Assembly: GCA_020636745.1 (NCBI GenBank)
Contig: JACJXH010000006.1
Location: 132,555-196,554 of the forward strand
Length of the DNA stretch: 64,000 nt
Origin: Lentimicrobiaceae bacterium
GTDB taxonomy: Bacteria; Bacteroidota; Bacteroidia; Bacteroidales; Lentimicrobiaceae
Direction of reading: 5' to 3'
Shown here: positions 1 through 9,862 of the stretch, one piece after another
How positions within the stretch are numbered: position 1 is the stretch's first letter
How the letters are laid out: the number at the start of each line of letters is the position of its first letter
Program-made: the position numbers and the translations under genes
The notes under the pieces: model-generated
Seen by the model: the letters and a program-made list of their open reading frames with translations, nothing else
The model's database searches: none
What the model was told of the DNA's origin: nothing

Positions 1-523
1 CCGGGAAAGGTTTGATCTAAATCGGATTGCACCAACTGAAAATGACACTTTGTTCAGGCATCAGCTGGTTCATGGTGATGTGCACGATCCCACTGCAGCC
101 ATGCTGGGCGGCGTTGCAGGTCATGCCGGGTTGTTTTCAGATGCATTGGATGTTGCTGTTATAATGCAAATGCTTTTGCAGAAAGGTGTGTATGGCGGAG
201 AAGTATATCTGGATACAGCGGTTGTTGCTGATTTTACAAAAGTGCAATTTGCCGGCAATAATAACCGCAGAGGCATGGGTTTTGATAAGCCCGCGCTTAT
301 TCCCGGACAACCCGGCCCAACCTGTGATAGCGCCTCGCCTGCCAGTTTCGGTCACACAGGCTTTACCGGTACCTATGCCTGGGCCGACCCAGTAAACAAC
401 CTGATTTATGTGTTTTTGAGCAACCGGGTTTTTCCTGATGCCGGAAATAATAAAATTACTCAGATGAATATCAGGACCAGGATTCATGAAGCTATATATG
501 AGGCCATTACTAAAGGTATGTGA
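1..523 (+). CDS. Serine hydrolase / beta-lactamase-family domain, 3' end only (gene starts before the window; often the C-terminal half of a GH3-serine hydrolase fusion in Bacteroidota)
   Basis: Frame is open from position 2 (RERFDLNRIAPTENDTLFRHQ...). Motifs GDVHDPTAAMLGGVAGHAGLFS, FGHTGFTGT and YVFLSNRV are typical of class C beta-lactamase-like hydrolases. Confidence 0.8.
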   Translation, partial: RERFDLNRIAPTENDTLFRHQLVHGDVHDPTAAMLGGVAGHAGLFSDALDVAVIMQMLLQKGVYGGEVYLDTAVVADFTKVQFAGNNNRRGMGFDKPALIPGQPGPTCDSASPASFGHTGFTGTYAWADPVNNLIYVFLSNRVFPDAGNNKITQMNIRTRIHEAIYEAITKGM

Positions 524-647
524 CAAAAGCCTGCCTTTACAACCAAAAAAAAATATTATTTTGGTTGAACACCTTTGATGGTATATTGTTTACGGAGCAT
601 TATCTGGTTTCTGAACCTAATTAACACAATATAAAAAAACAAAAAAA

Positions 648-1145
648 ATGGCTAAAATTACATTGGGAGGCAATCCCATCAACACTATCGGAAATTTACC
701 TGTAGTCGGAAGTACTGTTCCTGATTTTAAACTTGTAAAAACAGATCTCAGCGAGTTGTCGGCTGATGAACTCAAAGGTAAAAAAGTGGTTTATAACATT
801 TTTCCAAGTTTGGATACTGCTGTTTGTGCTTCATCTGTAAGGCGTTTTAATTCCGATGCTGGTAAGCTTAATAATACGGTGGTGGTGTGTATTTCCAAGG
901 ACCTCCCTTTTGCACACAGTCGCTTTTGCACTACTGAAGGATTAGAGAATGTTGTTTCTGCCTCTGATTTTCGTACCGGCAGTTTTGGTAAAAGTTTCGG
1001 TGTGGAGATAATTGATGGCCCTTTGGCCGGACTTCATTCACGTGCAGTCGTTGTTGCTGACGAAAACGGAGTGGTTAAGTACGCCGAGCAGGTTCCTGAA
1101 ATTGCTCAGGAGCCTGATTATGAGAAAGCGTTAAATGCCATCTGA
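648..1145 (+). CDS. tpx: Thiol peroxidase (atypical 2-Cys peroxiredoxin)
   Basis: NIFPSLDTAVCASSVRRFN, ISKDLPFAHSRFC, LHSRAVVV and EIAQEPDY motifs; 165 aa. Confidence 0.95.
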   Translation: MAKITLGGNPINTIGNLPVVGSTVPDFKLVKTDLSELSADELKGKKVVYNIFPSLDTAVCASSVRRFNSDAGKLNNTVVVCISKDLPFAHSRFCTTEGLENVVSASDFRTGSFGKSFGVEIIDGPLAGLHSRAVVVADENGVVKYAEQVPEIAQEPDYEKALNAI

Positions 1146-1160
1146 GATACGATAAACAGA

Positions 1161-1194
1161 AACTAAAAAGGGCGCTTATGCGCCCTTTTTAGTT
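1161..1194. terminator. Bidirectional intrinsic terminator between tpx and the convergent beta-propeller gene
   Basis: Perfect 15-bp inverted repeat AACTAAAAAGGGCGC-ttat-GCGCCCTTTTTAGTT. Confidence 0.85.
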
Positions 1195-1248
1195 GAATAT
1201 AGATTGAGATGTGAATACCATACGTATGTAAACTAAATGAGAATAGAG

Positions 1249-2100
1249 CTAGTTATACTTGTATGCTGCTACGGAGTTGTGAAAAAATGTTGGCACAAAT
1301 AAAATCATCCTGGTCCTGTCAAAGCCAATATCTGCAGCATTTATTTTAAGAGGAGTTGTATCGAGTATAAGCTTCTTCTCTGAACCGGGTTGGGCAAAGT
1401 AGATATGACCAGCCCAGTCAGAAAACAGATAGGTTTCAATACCAATTGCTTCTATGCCGTCAATTCCCCCTGTATTTTCAATAAATGAGCTTACCTCAAG
1501 TGTCTGCAGATTTAATGCTGCTATTCTGTTTTGCTGTCCGCAAAGCAAAAGACCTTTCTCAAGAAACAGTCCATTGCTGGCTTTAACTTCTGGCGAGTCG
1601 GTGAGAATCTGAAGTTTATGATCTTGTAATTTAAATATACAATCTCCTTTGCTGTCCGAAACATATACAATGCCATCGCTGCTAACTGCAATATCATTCA
1701 GGTTAATGGCTCGCGGGTGTGTGTAACGATTCGCGATAATTCCTGTTTCCAGACTAATTTCAACAACTTCATCTATGTTTGTTACATATAATTTGCCATG
1801 GGTTATGCCCATCCCTTTAGGTGCACTTAATCCTGTAGCCCATTGGTTATTGATGGTTTTTCCGTCGACACTTAATTTGGCAATATACCCGTTTTCATCT
1901 TTTGACCATGGATTATGATTAACACAGGAAACGTATAGTACATTTTCATGTGCATCATACAGCACAGATTCAGGTGTTAACAAATTGTCACTGGCTTCCC
2001 ATAATTTTGTGATGGCAGTGTCCTGAAATGATGATTGGGCCGAAACCAGTGAAGCTGATACAAGAAGTATAGCTGTAAAAGTGATGAATATGTTTTTCAT
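1249..2100 (-). CDS. Secreted SMP-30/gluconolactonase-like six-bladed beta-propeller protein
   Basis: Signal peptide; TPESVLYD, LSAPKGMGI, NLNDIAV..DG.VYVSDS, GIDGI and AADIGFD blade motifs. Confidence 0.75.
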   Translation of the reverse strand: MKNIFITFTAILLVSASLVSAQSSFQDTAITKLWEASDNLLTPESVLYDAHENVLYVSCVNHNPWSKDENGYIAKLSVDGKTINNQWATGLSAPKGMGITHGKLYVTNIDEVVEISLETGIIANRYTHPRAINLNDIAVSSDGIVYVSDSKGDCIFKLQDHKLQILTDSPEVKASNGLFLEKGLLLCGQQNRIAALNLQTLEVSSFIENTGGIDGIEAIGIETYLFSDWAGHIYFAQPGSEKKLILDTTPLKINAADIGFDRTRMILFVPTFFHNSVAAYKYN

Positions 2101-2237
2101 TGTTAAAAAAATAAAATGGTTTGTGGATAGTACGGTTTGATATTCAATTAATTAAACAGTTGGCCATTTGAAAGGTTTAGTAGTTATTTAGTTTGTTTAA
2201 AGTTTTGAAAAATTATGCCAGGATAACAAAAAAGAAT

Positions 2238-2245
2238 TATCTTTG
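2238..2245 (+). promoter_or_regulatory. Bacteroidota sigma-ABfr -7 promoter element upstream of tRNA-Leu
   Basis: TATCTTTG matches TAnnTTTG, 10 nt before the mature tRNA 5' end. Confidence 0.7.
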
Positions 2246-2255
2246 CGCCTCCTTA

Positions 2256-2337
2256 GCGGATGTGGCGTAATTGGTAGCCGCGCCAGACTTAGGATCTGGT
2301 GCCGAGAGGCGTGGGGGTTCGAGTCCCTTCATCCGCA
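2256..2337 (+). tRNA. tRNA-Leu (anticodon TAG), long variable arm, CCA not encoded
   Basis: Acceptor stem GCGGATG/CATCCGC, anticodon arm CCAGA-CTTAGGA-TCTGG, variable arm TGCCGAGAGGCGT, T-arm GGGGG-TTCGAGT-CCCTT. Confidence 0.97.
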
Positions 2338-2338
2338 C

Positions 2339-2366
2339 AAAAAAAACCGCTTTTGCGGTTTTTTTT
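2339..2366. terminator. Bidirectional terminator between tRNA-Leu and msrA
   Basis: AAAAAAAACCGC-tttt-GCGGTTTTTTTT hairpin with A/T tracts on both sides. Confidence 0.8.
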
Positions 2367-2388
2367 ATGTCTGGTCCAAATGGATTAG

Positions 2389-3036
2389 TTATTGCTTTGA
2401 AAATCTGTCTCCAAATACTTTTTGAAACTTATCTAATTTCGGGCCTATTACAAATCTGCAATATGGTGCCTGCTTATTGTTGTTGTAATAGTTTTGATGG
2501 TAATCTTCGGCTTTGTAAAAAGCTGTAAATGGGCTGATTTCAGTTACCAGTGGTTTTTCCCAGGCTCCACTTTTATTGAGTTTTTCTTTGTATTCTTCTG
2601 CCAGCTTTTTCTGGTTTGTATTATGGTAGAATATCACTGAGCGGTATTGGGTGCCTATGTCAGCACCTTGCTGGTTTAGTGTGGTAGGGTCGTGTGTTTT
2701 CCAGAAAACTTCAAGTAATTCGGTAAAAGATATGATATCCGGATTATAAATAATCTGGGTAACCTCAGCATGCCCGGTAGCGCCTGAACTTACCTGTTCA
2801 TAGGTAGGGTTAGCACGTTTACCTCCTGAATATCCTGATTCTACTTGTATGACTCCTTTAAGTTGAAGAAAAATAGCTTCAGTACACCAAAAACAGCCAG
2901 CGCCAAAAGTAGCGGTGTCAGTTGCAATTTGTGGATTCATAGTACGGATGTTATTATGTGTGCTTTCAGAAGTGCAGCCTGTCTGTATCTGAAAAATTGA
3001 TGCGAGAATCAGAATGAAAATGGTGGATGATTTCAT
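2389..3036 (-). CDS. msrA: Peptide-methionine (S)-S-oxide reductase with N-terminal signal / probable lipoprotein leader
   Basis: FGAGCFWC catalytic motif; GYSGG, GHAEV, HDPTTLNQQGADIGTQYRS and AEDYHQNYY. Confidence 0.95.
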   Translation of the reverse strand: MKSSTIFILILASIFQIQTGCTSESTHNNIRTMNPQIATDTATFGAGCFWCTEAIFLQLKGVIQVESGYSGGKRANPTYEQVSSGATGHAEVTQIIYNPDIISFTELLEVFWKTHDPTTLNQQGADIGTQYRSVIFYHNTNQKKLAEEYKEKLNKSGAWEKPLVTEISPFTAFYKAEDYHQNYYNNNKQAPYCRFVIGPKLDKFQKVFGDRFSKQ

Positions 3037-3208
3037 TTTGTTTCTTCATTAAACATAAAATATTGCAGGGTGTTCAAAAACTATGCCCTGAAATGATGAA
3101 TGTTTCGCAAGCATTAACAGGATGAAAGCACATATATTGAGGTAAATTTCAGGGTGTTTTGCAGGTTTTTTCCTTTAATAAGGTCTGAAATTTAAATAAA
3201 GAATTAGA

Positions 3209-4552
3209 TTAATGACCTTTTCTTACGATATACAAATGCCCCAGAAGCGCTCCGTAATTATCATATAAGCATGAGATACTTAAATCAACCATGATTTCGC
3301 TGCCATCAGGAATCTCCTGTTTGAGCTTACCCTGCCAAACCCCATTTGTTTTCAATTCGTTTAAATGGATTTCTTCGTCGTTGGGTTTGGCCCAAAGGTT
3401 GCGGATGAGTACAGCGGCTATTTTTGAAACAGCATGCTCTTCTTTGGTCAGGTATAAGCTTTCGGCTGATTTATTCCAGTAAGTAATTATGCCCTTATGG
3501 TCAGTAGCATAAACTGCTTCGTTGATTTTTGAAAGGATGGCCGCATGAAAAGTATTCATGTGATCGTCATTTCGTTGATGAATCATATCCGACAGCATTC
3601 TCTCCTGACTAAATATATTTATAATCATGCTTTGCAATGTCTTGATATCAGGGTCGTTATCGTTTATTGCTTTAATATATTCGGGGTCTTTGTTCTTTAG
3701 TGCCAGCGAAATGTATCTGATGGGCAGAATGTAATACCTGTTTAAATACAATCCAATAAAAATGGTAAATACGAAAATGCTTACCATCATGCCTATCAGC
3801 AGCAAAAACTGATGACCTGATAATACCTTCATTAATTCTGGCTGTGTTTGAAGTTCTACGGTTGCTACAGCTTCATTGTCCCAGCCGTATAAAGGTAAGT
3901 CAGATGTATAAATTGATGTTTTTTTATTGATAACTGACTGGGCCGGTTGGGCTTCCTTTTTTATTTCAACCGTGCCGGGTTCATGCAATATGAGGTTTTT
4001 AGAGTATTCCTCATTTATGTACCTGCCTGCAAATAGCCAGCCTGGTGATGTTCCGGCTTTCTCCTGATTGGATAAAGCAACTTTTATTGCAGAAATGGCA
4101 AAAAGAGAATCATTGTCCCATATAAAATATCTGGTGATTTTGCCATCGCCAAGTGACTTGTGAAATATACTTGTATCTGATGGCAGTAAGTGCGTTTTCC
4201 GATGGTTATTATTGCAAAAAATTTTTGAAGGCTTGATGTTGGCATCAGTGACTATCAGAAATTGTAATCCAGTAGCATTTAGTTGATGTTGAATGCTGGT
4301 GATATCGTTTTCTTCGTTTGCGGCTTCAGACAATATCGTTTTGTTTGATGCAAATTGACAAACCGCGTGATCGGTTGAATTTTCATTAATAATGATTTGA
4401 CTTTGCAACTGGTTTAACTGAGTTTCAGCATATGTTCTTTTAATCCGTTCTACGGATGCACTGAAATACAGTTGAAGAAAAATAATGAAACCTATACTTA
4501 CAAACGCAATAATTGAGATAAGTACAACAATCTTGTTTCTTAGAAATTTCAT
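3209..4552 (-). CDS. Membrane sensor: TM - periplasmic (CHASE4-like) domain - TM - cytoplasmic PAS domain, no output domain
   Basis: Two hydrophobic segments; GWLFAGRYIN resembles CHASE4; C-terminal PAS (EAVYATDHKGIITYWNKSAESLY...GVWQGKL...); stop follows immediately after the PAS domain. Confidence 0.65.
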   Translation of the reverse strand: MKFLRNKIVVLISIIAFVSIGFIIFLQLYFSASVERIKRTYAETQLNQLQSQIIINENSTDHAVCQFASNKTILSEAANEENDITSIQHQLNATGLQFLIVTDANIKPSKIFCNNNHRKTHLLPSDTSIFHKSLGDGKITRYFIWDNDSLFAISAIKVALSNQEKAGTSPGWLFAGRYINEEYSKNLILHEPGTVEIKKEAQPAQSVINKKTSIYTSDLPLYGWDNEAVATVELQTQPELMKVLSGHQFLLLIGMMVSIFVFTIFIGLYLNRYYILPIRYISLALKNKDPEYIKAINDNDPDIKTLQSMIINIFSQERMLSDMIHQRNDDHMNTFHAAILSKINEAVYATDHKGIITYWNKSAESLYLTKEEHAVSKIAAVLIRNLWAKPNDEEIHLNELKTNGVWQGKLKQEIPDGSEIMVDLSISCLYDNYGALLGHLYIVRKGH

Positions 4553-4996
4553 AGATTCCTTTATTATTATGGGGTAGATTGGTTAGCTCAAGCCCGGTAG
4601 TAATTTCCCGGATGAAATCTTTTATGAGTTAATCTTATTTTTTATGAATTGTAACAGCTGATTTAATTCTTTTTTTTGCCAGATGCTTTTTTGTTTTTTT
4701 TAAGTTGATGTGATTTGTTTGACGAAGATTTTATTGAGTCATGATGTTTATTTTCAAAAGCTCTGATATTGTATTAAATGTAATTGTATCTTAGAGGATG
4801 GGGTTGTGACGCCTGCTATATTTTCCATTGTGTTTTTAAATTTTGTTGCTGTTTTATTATTTAATTTTGTGTGGCAGCCTGCCAGCCTGAATTCAAGCAA
4901 CTGATTACATTTGATTAAATTACCTATTAATATTGAACAATCTGTTTGCTCTTTCACTTAAACAGGCACTAGAATATCCAGCTAAAAACAGGGACA

Positions 4997-6910
4997 ATGA
5001 TTTCAAAATTCAAATATATATTGAAGCTCTATTTGCTTGCTCTTATTGCGTTGTTGTTATCCTCTGATGCTTTTTCCCAGCTCAGCTCAGGAGGTACGCC
5101 ATTGCTCTTTGCCAACCCTGGTTTGTTCCGGAATGAAAGTATTGTCAGGCTCGAACACCCCGACGCCCAAATGCTTGAGTTGGAAGATTATAAAAATGAA
5201 TCATCTGGCTTTCCCGAAAGAATGGGCGTTACTATTCCTGTAAATCTGAACCCTTCAACTTCAGGCCAGGTTTCCAGTTTGGTTGATGGAAGTAAGATAT
5301 GGACAACTGTCATTTCAGTCGAAGGAGCAGTTGGTTTGGGTTTGTATTTCAGCGATTTTAAACTTCCAGCTGGTGCCCGTTTGTTTATTTTTTCACAGGA
5401 TAAAAAGCAAGTTATTGGAGCCTTTACGGAAAAGAACAATAAACCTGACGGGCTTTTTTCGACTGAAATTATTAAGGGAGAAAATATTACTCTTGAATAT
5501 TTTGAACCGAATGGCTCATTTAGCTCTTCTCCTTTTACCATCAGCGAAGTGCTTTATGTTTATAAACCAATGTATTTTGCCGGCGAACGCAATTTAAAGG
5601 GTAGCAATTCAGGTTCATGTGAAGTAAACATGGCTTGTAGTGAAGGCGACAACTGGCGAAAACAGGGCAAAAGTGTTGTAAGAATTCAGATTAAAAACGG
5701 GAATGCTGCATATTGGTGCACAGGAACCATCATCAATAATACCGCAGGTGATTTTTCCCCGCTTGTTTTAACAGCCGACCATTGTGCCCGCTCCTTCTCA
5801 GAAACCTACGCCACTCCTTCTGATGTTGCCCAATGGATTTTTTACTTTTTGTATGAAACACAATCCTGCGATGATGAAACCGTAGAGGCTTCAAAAAGTC
5901 TCACAGGTGCTGTTAAACTGGCAAGTAGTTCTCCAAATGGCAACGATGGAAGTGATTTTTACCTTGTTACCTTAAATGAACCCATACCAGCCAGCTATGA
6001 GCCATTTTACGCCGGATGGAGCAGAACCGGTGAAATGAGCCCGGCCGGTGTGGGTATTCATCATCCTGCAGGCGATGTTAAGAAAATCTCAACTTATACA
6101 GCTCCTTTAACATCAAGTGAATGGGGTGACGTTGCGGGAACGCATTTCAGAGTTGTTTGGAGTGCAACGGAAAATGGCCATGGAGTTACCGAAGGTGGCT
6201 CATCAGGCTCTCCAGTTTTTGATAACATGGGCAGATTGATAGGGCAACTAACCGGAGGTGAGTCGGGGTGCTCAAATCTCACCGGCCCTGATTATTACGG
6301 AAAACTGGCATTCTCGTGGGAATCAAACGGTATCGCAGATTCGGTCAGGCTTAAACCCTGGCTCGATCCGTTAAATACAGGTTTAACCAGTATCAACGGC
6401 TCATTTAATTCAAATATGGCTTTGGCCAGATTTAAAGCTGATACAGCCATTATCCTTGTTGGAACTACATTAGATTTTTTTGACCAGTCAACGGGCAACC
6501 CTTCGCTTTGGAACTGGTATTTTGAAGGCGGCGAACCCCGTACTTCAAATATGCAACATCCCAAAGGAGTGGCTTATAATCAAACAGGCCTCTTCGATGT
6601 AAAACTTAAAGTTACCAATGCTTTTGGCGCTGACAGCTTGTTGCGCGAAAATTATATTAAAGTTGTGCCTCGTATTTACCCAAATCCGACGCAGGGTGAA
6701 TTTTTTGTAATGATGGGTGACGAATCAGATGAGTCAACCCGGATTAGTATTGCAGATACACAAGGTAGAATTGTTTATGAAAGTCCTGCAGGAGTGCCTG
6801 CTCAGCCATTTTACAGGCTGAATATGTCAGCATTAAAGGCGGGCTTTTACCTGGTAACAATACAAAATCGGTTTTTTACTGAATCTGCGAGGTTGTTATT
6901 GGTTCATTAA
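4997..6910 (+). CDS. T9SS-secreted lysyl-endopeptidase-like (trypsin-fold) serine protease with PKD domain and type A CTD
   Basis: Catalytic triad motifs LTADHC, SDFYL and TEGGSSGSP; PKD-like segment FFDQSTGNPSLWNWYFEGG; CTD IYPNPTQG...LKAGFYLV. Confidence 0.9.
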   Translation: MISKFKYILKLYLLALIALLLSSDAFSQLSSGGTPLLFANPGLFRNESIVRLEHPDAQMLELEDYKNESSGFPERMGVTIPVNLNPSTSGQVSSLVDGSKIWTTVISVEGAVGLGLYFSDFKLPAGARLFIFSQDKKQVIGAFTEKNNKPDGLFSTEIIKGENITLEYFEPNGSFSSSPFTISEVLYVYKPMYFAGERNLKGSNSGSCEVNMACSEGDNWRKQGKSVVRIQIKNGNAAYWCTGTIINNTAGDFSPLVLTADHCARSFSETYATPSDVAQWIFYFLYETQSCDDETVEASKSLTGAVKLASSSPNGNDGSDFYLVTLNEPIPASYEPFYAGWSRTGEMSPAGVGIHHPAGDVKKISTYTAPLTSSEWGDVAGTHFRVVWSATENGHGVTEGGSSGSPVFDNMGRLIGQLTGGESGCSNLTGPDYYGKLAFSWESNGIADSVRLKPWLDPLNTGLTSINGSFNSNMALARFKADTAIILVGTTLDFFDQSTGNPSLWNWYFEGGEPRTSNMQHPKGVAYNQTGLFDVKLKVTNAFGADSLLRENYIKVVPRIYPNPTQGEFFVMMGDESDESTRISIADTQGRIVYESPAGVPAQPFYRLNMSALKAGFYLVTIQNRFFTESARLLLVH

Positions 6911-7021
6911 CAGGTGACTTTTGTGCCTGTGCTGGCTGGCTTTGGCTTGTTGTGTGTAAACGCATTTTGAGAATGTGTACAACTGAATGCTCATCCTTTT
7001 GATGGCAGTAACTTTGCGCAC

Positions 7022-8041
7022 CTACCGGTCTTTCCAGCGCTCAATTTGCAGATATACAGTGTCGGATTGTCCGTTAATAAAAGTGCGGTTCGGAATATCC
7101 ATTCCTGACGGAAGTGTTTCAACACTTTTCCAGTTTCCACGGGTAACTTTGTAGGATATCAGTTCTTCGTCAGTAAGAAGCGTAATCATTCGTTTCCCTG
7201 TACTATCCGGTTTAAAGATATATTGTTGTTCTCCCGGATTCCAGTTGTTGAAGTCTCCCGTCAAAAAAATTGGATCTCCGGCAGATGTTAATGCGGGAAG
7301 CTTATTGATTACAAATGTTACTTTCCCGGTCTTTTTATATTTAATGCTTTTCCACTTTTCAATTTTTACAAAAAGTGTGTCTTTTCCGTCGAAGCAAAAT
7401 TGGCGGTTGTCAATGTCGCGGCCACTGGCATTGGTTTCTACTGTCCACCAATCGCCAAGTGTAAATTTGAAATACAAGCAATCACCATAGTTGTCAATGT
7501 TAATGTAATAAAAGCCTTTGGGGTGTTTTTGCAGTGAATAATTAATGTTTCCGGGATTCCAGTTGTTAAATTGACAAGCCATGTAAATAAGAGCGTCCTG
7601 GGGTGTGTTGTCAGGAAGCTGACGTATGACAATTACTTTTTGAACACAGTTCATAGGCTCTGTGTCTCCCCAGCATTCAACCTGATTAATTTGGGTTTCT
7701 TTTTCTCCATAGTTGAGACTTCTGTTTTTTATATCGTATCCGCATTGGTTTTTCTCAACGCGGGTCCAGTCGCCTCTGGTGAATTTGTAGTTTAGTTTGC
7801 CAATTCCACGTGGTAAAGTAATGGAATATGTACCGTCACTTTGGCGTGTCATCCGGTATTTGTCATCGCCCGGATCCCAATTGTTGAAATTTCCGGTAAT
7901 GAAAATATCACTTCCTTCGGGTGTATTGAGGGGTATCCGGTCTATAATTACCTGTTGTTTGTAACAGGAAGATAACAACGCGGTTATCAGCAAAAGAAAG
8001 CTGATTTTTATGGTTTTGTTTTGAAAAGTCAAGTTCTTCAT
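7022..8041 (-). CDS. Lipoprotein made of three tandem CBM20/CBM48-like (starch-binding-fold) domains
   Basis: Lipobox LLSSC after start MKNL (ATG 8041). Three repeats: IFITGNFNNWDPG, IYMACQFNNWNPG and IFLTGDFNNWNPG, each followed by (Y/F)K(F/V)T(R/L)G.W..VE...G.DI.NR. Confidence 0.75.
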   Translation of the reverse strand: MKNLTFQNKTIKISFLLLITALLSSCYKQQVIIDRIPLNTPEGSDIFITGNFNNWDPGDDKYRMTRQSDGTYSITLPRGIGKLNYKFTRGDWTRVEKNQCGYDIKNRSLNYGEKETQINQVECWGDTEPMNCVQKVIVIRQLPDNTPQDALIYMACQFNNWNPGNINYSLQKHPKGFYYINIDNYGDCLYFKFTLGDWWTVETNASGRDIDNRQFCFDGKDTLFVKIEKWKSIKYKKTGKVTFVINKLPALTSAGDPIFLTGDFNNWNPGEQQYIFKPDSTGKRMITLLTDEELISYKVTRGNWKSVETLPSGMDIPNRTFINGQSDTVYLQIERWKDR

Positions 8042-8048
8042 CTTGATA

Positions 8049-8819
8049 TTATTTGTCAAGCCATTGAATAAATTCCTGTGCCTTTGCACGACTTACATAA
8101 ACGGGCTCTGGTGAAGCGGGGTTTAATTCAATGAGCAATCTGCCATTGAAGTACCGACTAACTTTTCCAATGCTTTTTATGCATGCAATGCATCCACGGT
8201 TCACTCTGAAAAATTGTGCAGGATCCAATTGCAGGCTTACCTGGTCCAGCGTATAATCAATAATAAACCGGTTGTTGCTTGCAGTAACCAGAAACACGAC
8301 ATTGTCTTCAGCATAAAACCATGCAGCGTCTTCAACCGGAATGTGTTTTATTTGGTCACCTAACCTGGCTATAAACCTTGTTTTGTAATTTTTATCGCCA
8401 GGCCTGAGGAGCTGTTCAAGCATGCTCAGGTCTATTGCCGGCTTGTTTGTTGATTTGTACAAGTTACTCACTGCTTCAAATTTTTGAATTGCTGCAGCTA
8501 AATCTGATGGTTTAACAGGCTTAAGTAAGTAATCAATACTGTTGACTCTAAACGCCTGAATAGCGTATTCGTCATATGCGGTGGTAAATATTACCGGGCA
8601 AAGTATTTTTTCCTGCCTGAAAATCTCAAAGCTCAACCCATCTGAAAGTTGAATGTCAAGGAAAATCAAATCGGGCAGGGGATTTGCCCTGAGCCATTGC
8701 ACAGTGTCCTCAATCGAATCAATGCATTCGAGTATGTCAACATCGTCACAGGTGGTATTCAATAACCTTATGAGTTCCTGTTGTGCAAAAGGTTCGTCTT
8801 CAACAATCAATACTTTCAT
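8049..8819 (-). CDS. LytTR-family DNA-binding response regulator
   Basis: Receiver motifs IVEDE, LIFLDIQL, FTTAYDEYA and DYLLKP; LytTR domain FFRVNRGCI..I..I. Confidence 0.95.
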   Translation of the reverse strand: MKVLIVEDEPFAQQELIRLLNTTCDDVDILECIDSIEDTVQWLRANPLPDLIFLDIQLSDGLSFEIFRQEKILCPVIFTTAYDEYAIQAFRVNSIDYLLKPVKPSDLAAAIQKFEAVSNLYKSTNKPAIDLSMLEQLLRPGDKNYKTRFIARLGDQIKHIPVEDAAWFYAEDNVVFLVTASNNRFIIDYTLDQVSLQLDPAQFFRVNRGCIACIKSIGKVSRYFNGRLLIELNPASPEPVYVSRAKAQEFIQWLDK

Positions 8820-8824
8820 AACAG

Positions 8825-9862
8825 TCAGATTAAGGGGACTTTAACAACAAACTCGTTTTCATTTTCTGTTATCTCAACGGGTCTGCCTGTAAGATAGGCA
8901 TATCTGCTGATAATGTTTTTTAAGCCTATTTCTGATGAAATCACTTCTGTGTTTTTTTTCTGAAGGTTGTTTTTTACCACAATGCTTGCATCCTGATTCG
9001 AGGTAATGGTTATCTCAAGCGGTTTTTTTTGAGATATGATATTGTGCTTGATTGCGTTTTCTACCAGCAACTGCAAAGTCATGGGCGCAATCAGTTTGTG
9101 CAGAAGGTCGTCAGAAATCTGAATGACAACTGTAAGTTTGTTGTCAAATCTTAGTTGATATAGGTATACGAACGATTTGATAAACCTGACTTCTTCGCTT
9201 AGTAAGATAGTGTCGCGGCTTTTGTTTTCTAATACATATCTGTAAACATCAGAAAGATCGCGTATAAAGTTGGCTGCTTTTTGCTGGTCTTCAAAAATTA
9301 ACGATGACAAGGTGTTAAAGCTGTTGAAAAGAAAATGCGGATTTAATTGAGTCCTTAAAGTTTCGAACTTGTATTCTGCATTTTCTTTTTTGTAACGCTC
9401 CATCTCAGCAATATTCAATTTCCATTTGTTGAGAAGAAAAAGCGCAAATTCAGTGAATGCTGGTATGATAACCAGAATTATTATGTAATACAGGGTGGTA
9501 AGAATCTGGTCGCTTAGTTTGATAAATACCGATTTGATGAAATATATATTGACAAGAAAACTCAGCAGAAAAATAACAGCAGACATGAAAGGCAGATTTA
9601 TGCCAAGTTCAATGCCCAGTCTGCGCGTCGGACTCTTTTCCCAAGGTAGTATTCTGTTAAGCTTTTGTTTGATGAAGAAGACAATTTCAAGCGTTAAAAC
9701 AGTGATGAAAGCTGCGCCAATGTATTCTTCTAAGGGTCTTAATATTAAGTAATTGCGATAAAGTAATCCAAAGATTACATCAAGAAGCATCTTGAGCGGG
9801 AAACTCAGCAGAAGCGTTGACAACAACCTTAATAAAGGTTTTTTGAAGATGTTGAAAATCAT
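8825..9862 (-). CDS. LytS-type sensor histidine kinase with ~4 TM helices
   Basis: LRTQLNPHFLFNSFNTL H-box and LQLLVENAIKH N-box. Likely start is ATG 9862 (MIFNIFKK); the 57 extra upstream codons in the ORF track run across a DNA hairpin. Confidence 0.9.
   Translation of the reverse strand: MIFNIFKKPLLRLLSTLLLSFPLKMLLDVIFGLLYRNYLILRPLEEYIGAAFITVLTLEIVFFIKQKLNRILPWEKSPTRRLGIELGINLPFMSAVIFLLSFLVNIYFIKSVFIKLSDQILTTLYYIIILVIIPAFTEFALFLLNKWKLNIAEMERYKKENAEYKFETLRTQLNPHFLFNSFNTLSSLIFEDQQKAANFIRDLSDVYRYVLENKSRDTILLSEEVRFIKSFVYLYQLRFDNKLTVVIQISDDLLHKLIAPMTLQLLVENAIKHNIISQKKPLEITITSNQDASIVVKNNLQKKNTEVISSEIGLKNIISRYAYLTGRPVEITENENEFVVKVPLI

Noticed and set aside
4754-4957. Short ORFs in AT-rich intergenic DNA (also 59677-59982, 60099-60290 and 60458-60697)
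   Set aside because: Low-complexity translations without signal peptides or motifs; some overlap real genes or promoters.
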